NCBI GenBank assembly: GCA_004022145.1
Contig: RCNU01000002.1
DNA length: 64,000 nucleotides
Origin: Paecilomyces variotii
Lineage: Eukaryota
Reading direction: 5' to 3' (one strand)
Part shown: positions 37,401-49,238 of the stretch, piece by piece
Numbering within the stretch: position 1 is the stretch's first letter
How the letters are laid out: every line of letters starts with the position of its first letter
Translations under genes and position numbers: made by a program
Notes under the pieces: model-generated
The model's input: only the letters and a program-made list of their open reading frames with translations
Databases searched by the model: none
Told to the model about the DNA's origin: nothing

Positions 37401-40365
37401 GATAGCGATAGAGGAAGCCAAGGCTGTCAAGGATATCCGAGACATGCGTATCCGAGCCGCGGCCGCGGGTGCTCTGGTGGCTATGCAGGATATCCCCAAG
37501 AAACCAAGTCAGATCATCAAGGGCATGATGGACAGCATTAAGAAAGAAGAGAACGCTGAACTTCAGCAACGGTCGGCCACTGCGATCTCCATCCTGGTCG
37601 GCTACTACACCGCAGCTGCGAAACGTGGCCCTGTGGACAAAGTCATTGGCAACCTGGTCAAGTATTGCTGTGTCGATACTTCGGAAACTCCAGAGTTCCA
37701 GCACAACGCCCACCTCGAAAAGACTATCTTGTCCCTTAGGAAAGAAGAAGATCGACGAGACCATCCTGATGCTGCCAAGTTCGAGAGAGAAGCCAGGGAA
37801 GCCAGGATCATGCGACGAGGAGCCAAAGAGGCTCTGGAACAACTGGCCTCCAAATTCGGCCCGCTTTTGCTTGAGAAGGTGCCTAATCTGGCTGCGCTTA
37901 TCGAGCGACCTTTGCGGGATGCCCTGGCTGGGGAACTACCAAAGAGCATCCGGGAGCCTGATAATGAGCTCGGCCAGGAGGTTGTGGATGGCCTTTCTAC
38001 GCTTCGTGCCCTTCTTCCCAAGTTTGATCGTGGTCTCTACCCGTGGGTGATCGACCTAATGCCCATTATTGCCAAGGCTCTTCAGTGCGAGCTTTCGGTT
38101 ATCCGGTATGCGGCCGCCAAGTGTTTCGCTACTATCTGTAGTGTGATCACAGTGGAGGGCATGACTATGCTCGTGGAAAAGGTTCTTCCTACCATCAACA
38201 ATGCTCTGGATGTTCACTATCGCCAGGGCGCCATCGAGTGTATCTACCACTTGATCCACGTGATGGAAGATGAGATTCTGCCATATGTCATTTTCTTGGT
38301 CGTCCCTGTTCTGGGAAGAATGAGCGATTCGGACAATGATGTTAGACTTCTCGCCACTACATCGTTTGCAACCCTTGTTAAGCTTGTTCCTCTTGAGGCC
38401 GGCATTCCGGACCCGCCAGGCCTGTCGGAAGAACTTCTCAAGGGCCGTGACCGTGAGAGGAAGTTCATGTCCCAGATGCTGGATGTGCGCAAGGTCGAAC
38501 CGTTCCAGATCCCCGTCGCCATCAAGGCAGAGCTCCGTTCTTATCAGCAAGAGGGGGTGAATTGGCTTGCTTTCCTCAATCGTTACAACCTACATGGCAT
38601 TCTCTGTGACGACATGGGCCTGGGTAAGACCTTGCAGACCATTTGCATTGTTGCAAGTGACCACCACATGAGGGCCGAAGAGTTCGCCAAGACCCAGGCT
38701 CCGGAAGTCCGCAAGCTTCCCTCTCTGATTGTTTGCCCCCCAACACTGTCAGGACACTGGCAGCAAGAGATCAAACAATACGCACCTTTCCTCTCTACCT
38801 TGGCTTATGTCGGGCCTCCAGCGGAACGTTCCAAACTCAAGGGCCAGCTCGAGTCTGCAGACATTGTGATTACATCCTACGATATTTGCAGGAATGACAA
38901 TGATGTGTTTATGCCCATTAGTTGGAATTACTGTGTTCTCGACGAAGGTCATCTCATCAAGAATCCCAAGGCCAAGATCACGGTGGCAGTCAAGCGTCTC
39001 GTTAGCAACCATCGTCTCATCTTGTCGGGAACCCCCATCCAGAATAATGTTTTGGAGCTTTGGTCGTTGTTCGACTTCTTGATGCCAGGATTCTTGGGGA
39101 CGGAGAAGGTGTTCCTGGATAGATTCGCGAAACCAATTGCGGCTAGTCGCTTCAGCAAGTCATCCTCGAAGGAACAAGAGGCTGGTGCCCTGGCAATCGA
39201 AGCGCTCCACAAGCAAGTCCTTCCGTTCTTGCTGCGCCGCCTTAAGGAGGAAGTGCTTAACGATCTGCCCCCGAAGATCCTGCAGAACTACTATTGCGAC
39301 CCCAGTGAGCTGCAACGGAAGCTTTTCGAAGACTTCACGAAAAAGGAACAGAAGGACCTTGTGCAGAAGGTCGGAAGTGCAGACAAGGCTGCCAAGGAAC
39401 ATATCTTCCAGGCTCTGCAGTACATGCGTCGCTTGTGCAACTCCCCTGCCCTCGTTGTGAAGGAGGGACACAAACAATATGACGAGGTCCAGAGGTATCT
39501 CGCTGCTAAACACTCGCACATCCGGGACATCTCCCATGCACCCAAACTTACCGCTCTTCGCGATCTCCTCCTTGACTGCGGTATCGGTGCTGATCCGGGC
39601 AATGAAGGTGAACTGGACACTGGCGCCAGTTATGTCAGCCCACACCGCGCTCTGGTGTTCTGTCAAATGAAGGAGATGCTCGATATCGTACAGAACGATG
39701 TTTTCAAGAAATTGCTTCCTTCGGTACAGTATCTCCGCCTTGATGGTAGTGTGGAGGCCACGAAGCGCCAGAGTATCGTCAATCAATTCAACACCGATCC
39801 CAGTTACGATGTGCTGCTTTTGACAACGAGTGTGGGTGGTCTTGGTCTTAATCTCACTGGTGCCGACACGGTCATCTTCGTGGAACATGACTGGAACCCG
39901 CAGAAGGATATCCAGGCTATGGACCGTGCTCACCGTATCGGCCAGAAGAAGGTCGTCAATGTCTACCGTCTGATTACCAGAGGCACACTAGAGGAAAAGA
40001 TTTTGAAGTAAGTTACCATGCTGCCCATATCAACTCACATTACAAGCACGTGCTAACCCTTGCCCAGTCTCCAACGCTTCAAGATCGATGTCGCCTCGAC
40101 GGTGGTCAACCAACAAAACGCCGGCCTCAACACCATGGATACCGACCAGTTACTGGATCTTTTCAACCTAGGCGAAACAGCCGAAGGCGCCGAGAAACCC
40201 GGCGACGCAGCCGTGGGCAACGAGATCGACATGGTCGATATCGACGGCGAAGTCAAAGAAAAGGGAAAGAAAGGCTGGCTCGACGATCTCGGCGAACTCT
40301 GGGACGACAAACAATACCAGGAAGAATACGACCTAGATTCCTTCCTGCACACTATGAAGGGATAA
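34467..40365 (+). CDS. MOT1: TBP-associated SNF2-family ATPase Mot1 (BTAF1)
   Basis: Short exons 34467-34477 and 34548-34565 plus the exon from 34629 give MTSRLDRLVTLLETGSTQVIRNTAAQQLADVQKQHP. HEAT repeats, then DDMGLGKT, LDEGH, SGTPIQNN and QAMDRAHRIGQ. Last intron 40008-40067; the protein ends LWDDKQYQEEYDLDSFL. Confidence 0.97.
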
Positions 40366-41670
40366 CCTACCTGAAGCCCCCCTTCCCTCCCTTATCCCCT
40401 TTTATGTACTTATGTAACTTTTTTTTTTCTCATTTTCTCTTCTTCTCCCGATTTGGATGCATTTCATCTTGGGCTTATCTTTTTTCCCCTTTACTTGGTC
40501 GAAGGCGTCAGGACGGAGACACGAAGAAACGAACGAACCCTGTTCTATTATTAGCATCATTTATGAACTACTTTTCTTTTTTTTTTTCTTGTTATTTTCA
40601 TTATCCTGAATTGGTACCCCGTTTTCGTTGCATGTCTTTTTTTTTTGCTTAGCATATGCAAGGAAAGAAGGGGGAAAAGAGAGAGAGAGATGAGATGACC
40701 TTTTTTTTTTTTTTTTTTACTTTCTCTTGTATTAGTATTTAGTTAGATAGATATTAGTACACTGATGATTTTCTTCCAGAATCAGATGCGGAAATGGAAA
40801 TGGAAATGGTGCACATGGGAGAGATTCTTTTACGATACTTTCTTTTTTCCTTTTCCTAGAGAGAACAATATCATTGCTACCCCGAAAATTAATTATGTGT
40901 ATCTAAATAATAATAGCAATATAGTACAACGTACATGATTCCTTATTGAATATGATAATATCTTACTCAGATTCAAAACAGCAGATAAACTAGTTACCCC
41001 AATTTACTTTACACAGGAAGCAAGATAGCAAGAAAGAAAAAAAAAAAAAAAAAAAAAAAAAAAAACAGCAAGCAATATGCACTGGTGGAAAGTAGAAACA
41101 GAAAGCATTTTTGTGGTAAATTAACCCCGTAGCAAGTAGGCATGCTTTCGGAGGAACCCAAGCATTAACAAGAAGAGCAGAGAGATGAAACGTGATCCAG
41201 TCACATCCCACACAAACAGGAACCCATGAAGATTTGTCTTGATGATAACTATGTGAGCTCCATTCGCATCCCTGGATCATGCACACGTATTTGGAATGGA
41301 ATGGAAAGATCTGAGAGGAAAGAGGAAAAAGGGAAGATCACAAAAGGATTCAACCACAAAACGCCAAACGACCATCACTCTGGATTCTTTGATTAGAACG
41401 CCGAAAACAATGTGTCACTGAGACAAAACTCAACGTACGAGGCGTCGAGGAGAAGTTATTTCAATCTAATGATTCATGAAAGGCGTAAGGGGTGAGTTGA
41501 GAAATACACCCGAGTTTTGCGGTGACATTTAGGAACCAATACTGAGCAGAAGCTCACCAGGCTGTTGTTCCCCGGGCCCCGAGTCCTTGGCTCCGATAGA
41601 TGGGAGCCCGGAGTGTTGGTACAATTTTCGTCGAGAAAGTGACTTTCCGACATGAGTCGTAGGTAGAGAT

Positions 41671-43807
41671 TTAGGTGCGCTGCTTTGGCTTGGCGAGCAT
41701 GTTCAGACGACTCAAACTCAGGATTCGTTTGCCCCTGTCTCGAGCACTAGCAGGAGTCGCCTGCTTTTTCTGGAGGATGCGGCTGGGAGTCGCACTCTTG
41801 ATAGGCTGCTTCTTCAGAGGGCTAGGGGTCGCAACCTTGGCCACGGGAGTAGAGCTCATCTTCTGACGTTTGCTGCTTCGTTCGTCATTCGCTTCTGGTG
41901 GGATATTCTCCACGTCCTTCTCATCTGTGCTGTCCCGGTGGCGCTTCTTATTGTTGATACCATGCGGAACAGCAGGCATGTTGGGGAACGGACTTGGCGG
42001 CGCAGCGGATCTTCCAACACGACGAATGGCAGGGGTCTTCGGCTTGTCGCTGTCCTCTTTGGATTCGTTCTTCTCCGGCTCCGCGTCCTTATCATCTTCG
42101 TTATCCCGGTGGCGCTTTTTATTGTTGATGCCATGTGGAACAGCAGGCATGTTGGGAAACGGGCTCTCTGGGGCAGCTGGAAGGGCAGATTCTCGAACAA
42201 GACGGATAGCAGGAGTCTTCGATTTGTCGTTGTTCTGTCTAGGTTCGCTCTTCTCCTTCTCGGGAGTCTGGAGCGGCAGAGTTGGATAGACGACGTCAGA
42301 CTCGAGGGTGTTGGTGGAGGGTGCCGGGATCTTGGATGGTGAAGGAGACGCTAGGGCAAATTCGTAACGAGACTTGGTGCTTGGGCTGAACTCAACCCTC
42401 TTCTTCGGAGAAGGCGTCTGGGCGGGATCGATGAAATTCACCGACGACAGTTTATCCAGCTGAATATCCGGATTGAAATCGGGAGAGGCGATGTGCGTGC
42501 CGGCTGCGATCTTCACCGGGTCGTTGGAGAACAAGGGTTGATGACGACGTAGAATCGACTTAAGGTTACCAAGACTCGGCAGGTTACTCTTCAATCTGGG
42601 ATTGAACTCCGTCTGAGGAGTGCGTGGGATGGTGGTCATCTTGGAGAGAGGCGAGCGTGCCACAGGCAGCATGGAGACCTTCGATGGTTTGGCAGTTGCA
42701 GAGCGCAATGACGAGGCCTTGGTTGGTGTCATCAAGGAACTGCGGATAGACGCCCTTGGACGAGAAATGGCCGATGGCCGCGATATCTTGGGCTGGTCCG
42801 CCTTCTTTTCAGATCGGCCGGTAGAGGCATCATCACCCTCCGACTTCTTGATGCGCTTCGCTGTGGCCAGTTCTGCGATGCGGGATGGGGTGGTCGGAGT
42901 TTTGGAAGGCGAGGAGCGCTCCTCCAGACAGGCTTTCGAGCTCTTACGCTTGAGAGGCTTTGTAACAGGCTGGAAACGGCCTGGAGTAGCTCTAAAAGCA
43001 GACGGATGACCTGCAATGGAGTCCATCTTCTTGAATTCGGCCATATGAGCCTCGCTGAAACGGCCAGTCATACCCTTAGGCTTTGCAATCTTCCTGGCAT
43101 TCTGTGAGTCTGTTGCCTTGCTCTCCTCACGAGCTTGTTCCGCTTTGTCGAGAATCATCTTTGCTTTGATTCTAGCCACATCTTCGCGAACGTTTTCCAT
43201 GAGCTTTCTTGCTTCCTCGCTCAGCTGAGCGTCCTGGGGGAATTTGAACTCGTATGCGGGCGTGCCAAAGTCGCTCCGCGGCGAACACCTCGCCTTGGTG
43301 GGAGTGCTCTCCAGGATTCCGTCCTTGATCACGTTTCCGTTCGCATCGCGTTTGATAGGATTGAAGCCCAAAATGAGGCCAGTGTCTGGTTGCTTGGTCG
43401 TGCTGTGCCGTGCTTTACTCGGATGCATCTCTTCACGCGGTGGCTTGACGTCGCCGGCAGTGGTGGGAGTCTTGGTCAGCGGCGACTTGGTAGCGGATGC
43501 AGACATCGTCCCCTGGACAGACTTGGTAGCCGGCGTCGACATGACTGTCTCGATGTTGGGCTGCGAGCCAACTTCGGGGGTTTCATCGCGTTCCGTAAGA
43601 GCAGACAGCTTTGCAACCGTTGCGGGTGATGGCTTTGCTTCCTGGGTTCGTATTTCCTGTTAGCGGCCCTACGTCGTCATCCGCACCGTTGGGTCTCCTG
43701 AAGGAGCGGGCAGAAATGGGGTTGCTATGGCCGAGTGGCTTTTTGACAGCGTCTTGACTCACCTCGGTTGGCGTGCCGCCTCTGAGGCGGGCGGAGCGGC
43801 GAACCAT
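41671..43807 (-). CDS. Basic, S/T/P/K-rich disordered protein with a NuSAP-like motif (putative microtubule-associated)
   Basis: Exon 1 (43763-43807, MVRRSARLRGGTPTE), intron about 43642-43762, then the 623-aa ORF. Many S/T-P sites and the motif RFSEAHMAEFKKMDSI. The CDS is confident; the function is inference. Confidence 0.75.
41914..42220 (-). repeat. In-frame internal duplication, period 171-180 bp
   Basis: KTPAIRLVRESALPAAPESPFPNMPAVPHGINNKKRHRD (42085-42220) and KTPAIRRVGRSAAPPSPFPNMPAVPHGINNKKRHRD (41914-42040). Confidence 0.92.
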
Positions 43808-43956
43808 GCCGATTGATGTTCAAAAGGAGTGCAGCAATCTGGATAGAGGATGATGGTTCGAGAATACGGTGGACGAGAGGATGAAGGGGTGAGGATGGAG
43901 AGAGTTGGTGGGATTCGAGAGCGGAACTTGAGAGTGCGAAGAGCGTTGATGTTCGA

Positions 43957-44000
43957 TTTCCCGAAACGGAAGTGTAAACAAACGGCGCGCTTGACGTCAA
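43957..44000. promoter_or_regulatory. Clustered MADS-box-like, forkhead and CRE sites upstream of the 43807 gene
   Basis: TTTCCCGAAACGGAA (CC-N6-GG at 43960-43969), GTAAACAAA (43974-43982) and the palindrome TTGACGTCAA (43991-44000), about 150-190 bp upstream of the ATG. Confidence 0.45.
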
Positions 44001-44376
44001 ACTTCACCGCCTTTGCTTTTCCCCGCGGGCATTTTTATAGATTATTATAGATTGATTCAACACGAAACACTCCCCCTCTCCTTATCGATTACGAGGAATG
44101 CGCTACGAAGTACATACTCCAATGACAACGATGATCCTATTTTGATACATAACTTAACTTATACCCAACACATCATGACATAACCGTGGAAATCCGCCTT
44201 GATCCCGTGTTCGCCGTTCATGCCGACTATCAATATCATCTCGGCCTTCCAGAAACCAAAAGAATGACCATCCTGCAGTCCATGACTCCATGGTAAACAC
44301 CAAGCGCCAGACGCGTTCGTGAAGAATGTCATCTGACATAATATGATATCATGCAACTCACAGCACACCCCCTGAT

Positions 44377-45723
44377 CTACAGACCGAACGGATAGGTCTC
44401 GTCGACTCCCAGTGGTGTCCTGGGCTGCACCTTCTCCAGAGGCTGCACGGCCTTGGTCACGTCGAACCAGATATAGGCGTCGAATTGGTTGTGGAGGTAC
44501 GCCTGGGAGTAGTGGGAGATACGCTCTGTATCGGGACGGTAGATGACGCCGATGAAGCGCTCCAGACGCAGGTTCTCCTCCCTCATGGCCGTCCGCAGCT
44601 CTGGATCAGTGCTCTTGGGCCGAAGATCCACGAAGAAACGAGGAATGCCCGTATTGTGCGCCAGAATCTCCCAACTGTCAGCGCGAGACGGGTTCACTCG
44701 CATCACTTCCATGTCATCGTCCCATTCATGAGCTGCGGCCACAGTTCCAGTATGGGTGCCGCAGCCCAGAATAGTGACATTCTCCCGGCCAAAGTGCTCC
44801 CGGCACAGTTGGCCAATGTTCACCTCGTTGCGGCGGCTGCCCATGGCGGTATATCGCGCATCGCCGCAGTGGGAGTTGTGCGCCCAGATGATTGCCTTGG
44901 AATCTGACGGCTTGAACTGGAGCAAGCGCCGCAGCGTCTCGAACATGTGGGTGTCTCGCAGATTCCAGGAACTGGCCGAGCTGTAGTACATCGACTTGTA
45001 GTAGGCTTCCGCATCCCGGACCACGAAGGCGTTCTGCTCAGAACTATGGAACTCTTCACCATCATGTATGTCTGCGGAATACAGCAGTCGTTTCTCCAGA
45101 AGCTCACGGAGCATCTGGACCACTTGTCTCTCGCATGACTCCAAGCCCTGGACAGAAGCCAATCCGTACATGGTTGGATCATCCACCCAGCGCTGCAGAC
45201 AACCATACCTCCGACGAGCAACCTTGGCCGCCTCTGGGTCAACGTGATCGAGATAATCAACAACTGCACGAATGGACGCTCCCATACTATAGAGATCTAG
45301 ACCGTAAAAGCCAGCCCTCTTCTCTGCAGGAAGTTTCGAATTCCGATCTCGCATCCATTCCACGAGGTCCTGCATTTCTCGATTCCTCCACATCCAAGTA
45401 GGGAATCTCTTGAACGGCTCTTCTCTGACCCCGGTCCCCATCTTCGCCTTGGGGCCGGGACGCAGTCGTACATATCGGTCAATGACTTCTGCATCGGGCC
45501 AGTCGGCCTCGACAGCGACCATATTGTAGCCATGTTGCTCGATCATCCGTTTAGTGATCTGCGCGCGAGCAGAGTAGAACTCGGATGTACCATGACTGCC
45601 ATCCCCGAGCAGCATGACCTTGTAATCTGCAAAGGAATCGAAATGCGAGCCAAAGCTCGGATCTGAGATATCAGGCAGCGGACGCGCCGCGGCGGCCAGT
45701 AACTGTTGGACTCGGGAAGCCAT
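44377..45723 (-). CDS. Erythromycin esterase (Ere)-family hydrolase, intronless
   Basis: LLGDGSHGTSEFY...VAVEADWPDA, RFPTWMWRN, FYGLDLYS, WNLRDTHM, IIWAHNSHCGDAR, ERFIGVIYRP and C-terminal ETYPFGL. Likely ATG at 45723 (MASRVQQ). Confidence 0.9.
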   Translation of the reverse strand: MASRVQQLLAAAARPLPDISDPSFGSHFDSFADYKVMLLGDGSHGTSEFYSARAQITKRMIEQHGYNMVAVEADWPDAEVIDRYVRLRPGPKAKMGTGVREEPFKRFPTWMWRNREMQDLVEWMRDRNSKLPAEKRAGFYGLDLYSMGASIRAVVDYLDHVDPEAAKVARRRYGCLQRWVDDPTMYGLASVQGLESCERQVVQMLRELLEKRLLYSADIHDGEEFHSSEQNAFVVRDAEAYYKSMYYSSASSWNLRDTHMFETLRRLLQFKPSDSKAIIWAHNSHCGDARYTAMGSRRNEVNIGQLCREHFGRENVTILGCGTHTGTVAAAHEWDDDMEVMRVNPSRADSWEILAHNTGIPRFFVDLRPKSTDPELRTAMREENLRLERFIGVIYRPDTERISHYSQAYLHNQFDAYIWFDVTKAVQPLEKVQPRTPLGVDETYPFGL

Positions 45724-46148
45724 GGGGAATAGAGCCGGAAATCTCATCCACAACACTCTATAATTCTTATTTGTTTCTTGTTTGGTTTTTTTATTTATTT
45801 TTCAAAGCACACAATAAAAACAATAACAATAACAATCAACGCAAGCGTCTGTCGAGGATTCACCTTTTTCTTTTCGCCTTCCGGGAAAAACGAAACATGA
45901 GATCATAACCGGGTAACGCCAACCAGGATCATTATGACTTCAACGTGAAGTACATACAAACGATCCCGCGGTTTCTTTTCCGATAATCCATACGGTAGTC
46001 AGTAGGAGCTAATCTGGGAGAAGAAGAAGGTTGCTTTTCGATATTATACTGCTTGTTTTGATTCATGTATCACCGTCTGGGAGCAGCATCGAAGTACATA
46101 ATACTCCACACCATCATCAGTATCAATATCAATATCAGAAGCAGAAAC

Positions 46149-47531
46149 ATGGCCACCATAATAACCCACACCCAACCATCACGTCTCCACCGCTTCCAAC
46201 AAGCAATGTCAAGTGTATACGGAGATCTCTCCACCATCACAGACCCATCGAACTGGACCCCCCCTCCCAAATCCGGCGGCCATCGCGGCCGATATCTCTG
46301 GACAGACGCCTTCGGCGTCCTCAACTTCCTCACCCTCCACCAGGAAACAAACGCACTCGCTCCAACCGGCTCCAAAGACGACAAATACCTAATCCTCGCT
46401 CGCCGTCTCGTCGACACAGTCCACAACATCCTCGGCCGCACGCGCGATGGCACCGCTCGTCTCCCCGGCGCAACAGACCAAGAGCCCCTCTGGGGCGGAT
46501 TACGAATTGGCAAAATGGACGAACGAGGCCCCGACGGAGACGGCCAGTATCATCATTATCTGACGATATGGATGTTCGCTCTAAACCGCGTATCGCTCGC
46601 GAGCGGTGATCCGCAATATAACCGTCTGGCGGTGCAGCTGGCGGAGGCGATTCATCCGCGGTTTTTCATTAATCGCAAATCAACCAGGCCGCGAATGGTT
46701 TGGAAGATGGCGATGGATCTGTCGATTCCGTTGGTTTCGTCAGAGGGGAATCTAGATCCGATTGATGGGTATGTGGTGTTTAGGCTCCTGCAGGCTGCGG
46801 CTATGGAGATGAATGAGGGGAAGAAGCTTGATGAGGAGATTGGGGATTATAAACGTGTGATGGAGAGAAAGGGGGAGCATTTCGTCTCGAGTGATCCATT
46901 GGATTTGGGAATGACGCTGTGGACGGCGCATTGGTTTGCGGATAGGGAGGAGTGGGCGACGAGGTTGACGGGGAGGTGTTTTGAGCAGATTTGTATAGTT
47001 CATCTTTCTACCCCCCAGATCATGCCCGTTCTTTCTTACCTTACTTTGATTCATGTTATATTGCCAAAAAGGAATGGGAGAAACAGAGACTAACCAATAC
47101 CTTTCCCCCTCGCTTCTGATACAGACGAACTATTCGAAATCGACCGATATCTAGAACGAAACATCAGATATCGTCTCGCATTCCGCGAATTCGGCACCGC
47201 GCTAGGCATCAGATGCCAATCTGAACGAACCGCAGACGACAAAGAGCGTACTAAGGATTTGACCAGCTACGCGGATGCAATTGTTGACGTCTGGGATCCG
47301 TATATGGATGTGTCCTTGTCGGACGGGTTTGATGAGGATGATCTTAGACCTATCACGAGGGTGATGTATGCGACGGCGTTGATTCCGGGAGGTAAGTCTA
47401 CGTCTACTTTGGTCCTTGGATACCTGGATACTTTGTTATGCTCCGTCAAGTGGGATAGCATGTGTGCTCATCGTTCTATTTTAGCATTTCGATCTGGGTA
47501 TCTGGGTCCGGAACCGAAGACGATTCCTTAG
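46149..47531 (+). CDS. Conserved hypothetical protein with RYLWTDAF / DGQYHHYL / RLAFREFG motifs
   Basis: ATG 46149. Introns 46993-47124 (weak gtatag donor) and 47392-47484 restore the frame: GRYLWTDAFGVLNF...GDGQYHHYLTIWMFALNR...RMVWKMAMDLS...YRLAFREFGTALG...ITRVMYATALIPGAF. Confidence 0.85.
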
Positions 47532-47681
47532 TAGGTTGTTGAGTGCAAGAGGCTCAGAAATGATGATAATGTACAAGTATATTATTACCAAGCTAATCGC
47601 AAACGGAACATCATACGAAAAAAGTCTGATCCAGGAATGAATCTCATACATGGGATATACACATATTTCCTCGTCATTTAT

Positions 47682-48714
47682 CTATACACCGGGAAATCCG
47701 ACAATATCTCTCCAAGGGGACAGAATCCTAGGAAGGAAGTAGCTAATATAAACAGCGCCAATGGCGATGGCCAAACCGGATATCTGAAACACGCGCGTTA
47801 GTAAAAGCTAGTCATGGCGAGAAATAAGGCAATATCAAGGAATAAGACCTCACCTTCTCCAACCATGTATGGAACCAGATGGCAGTCATGAAGAGCATCC
47901 ACCAGCTCAGTCCTGCTACTCCCCACACGAACCGCAGGCCCCAGACTTTAACTGTGTCATCTGGGGAAAGATCTGACTGCTTCTCAGCCGGTTCTTCACT
48001 GTCCTGTTTCGCTTTGCTGCCTTCGACAGATGTTCCGCTCTCCGCCCTAGACGCGCCCAAAGCCTCAAAGACCAAGAAGGCGCTTGCCAGGACGAGCATA
48101 AACACATGTCCGCTCACATCATGCCCACCGCGCCATGCACCCCCGGCCGCTTTGCACGCCGCAGCCGTAAACACCGCACTCAGCTCCGAAGCCGGATGTC
48201 CCGGGGTCTTGGGCCGTACGTCCTCGCATCTGCCTCCAGTAAGGACAAAACTGCGATCAACTATCGCCGGCCCGAAGAACCACTGCGTTGTCAATATCCA
48301 CGCAAAGGTCACAATCCCATAACGCGCCAACGCCTGGACCGTCCTTCTGCCCCGCGTCCTCGAATTCGAATACGCCGGCTGCGTCAGCAGCAATACGACG
48401 AAAGCGAGCGTAGTCCACAGCCAGCCAATCTTGACAAAGTACAAGTTGAAGATATTGTCCTTGCGAGCGAAGTAGTTTACCGAGGATGGATGATGCGGTA
48501 CGTTCAGATCAGATGCCAGCGTGGGTGCTAGAGGCTTCTCGACGCGGGCATCCCTCGCGGTGGGAGAGATGGTTCTGAAGATCGCTCCAACGATCAACGT
48601 GATGGGGTAGACGAGTAAGATGAGACCAGGAGGCTGGGAGGAAGGTGAGAAGCTCGTCCGCGGCGTAACGGACGGAGAGCCGTCTCGTCGTGCTGAGGCC
48701 GTTGTGCTGGCCAT
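47682..48714 (-). CDS. SCS3: FIT family (Scs3) ER acyl-CoA diphosphatase / fat-storage-inducing transmembrane protein
   Basis: NYFARKDNIFNLYFVKIGWLWT, TQWFFGPAIVDR, GGHDVSGHVFML and WWMLFMTAIWFHTWLEK. Intron 47784-47853; last exon ISGLAIA...FPGV*. Confidence 0.9.
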
Positions 48715-49238
48715 TCTTAGCCCATCAGAGTGTCGCTTAATCGAAAGGTGCCTCAATTCCACGAGTGCTGAATGCTGAATGGTCTGGACGAGCAGAATAA
48801 GATCCAATGTTCGAAATAATAGTCGAAAAGGAGAGAGAAAAGAGCGTGAAAAGAGACCGAGAGTTGTAAATATTCCTCTCTCTCGATCCCTGCCTTGATG
48901 TGCTTCCCAATCGACGTCAAAGGAGAAGAAGAAGCAAGTCGGAAGTTGAAGGCAGAATCGCTTCGGCGGTGATGACGTCGCGGTCATGTGCCTGTTCCAG
49001 TTTACCGCGGAGTAAAATAGGGAATACGAGACATGGTCTTCATTTGATGGTACTGTTTGTTCGCGATTTATTCTCAAGTGTTTTACTAACCAATTAAATG
49101 GACAGCATGAAATAATTCCATTTGAGCGATGAGTATACATTATTATGTACGAATGTGATGGTTTTCTAATTATTTATAACCGAATTTCCCCAAACCCCTC
49201 GAATCATTGCATGCTATTCAAAGCCTCCCATGCTTCCC

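Noticed and set aside
43642-43762. Extra acceptor and donor inside the first intron of the NuSAP-like gene (micro-exon or stwintron?)
   Set aside because: The 11-nt candidate exon breaks the frame, the longer one contains a stop, and no nested-intron arrangement rebuilds a valid splice site.
48715-49140. N-terminal extension of the 442-aa SCS3 ORF
   Set aside because: It reads like promoter/5' UTR (CT-rich). The ATG at 48714 fits the family better.
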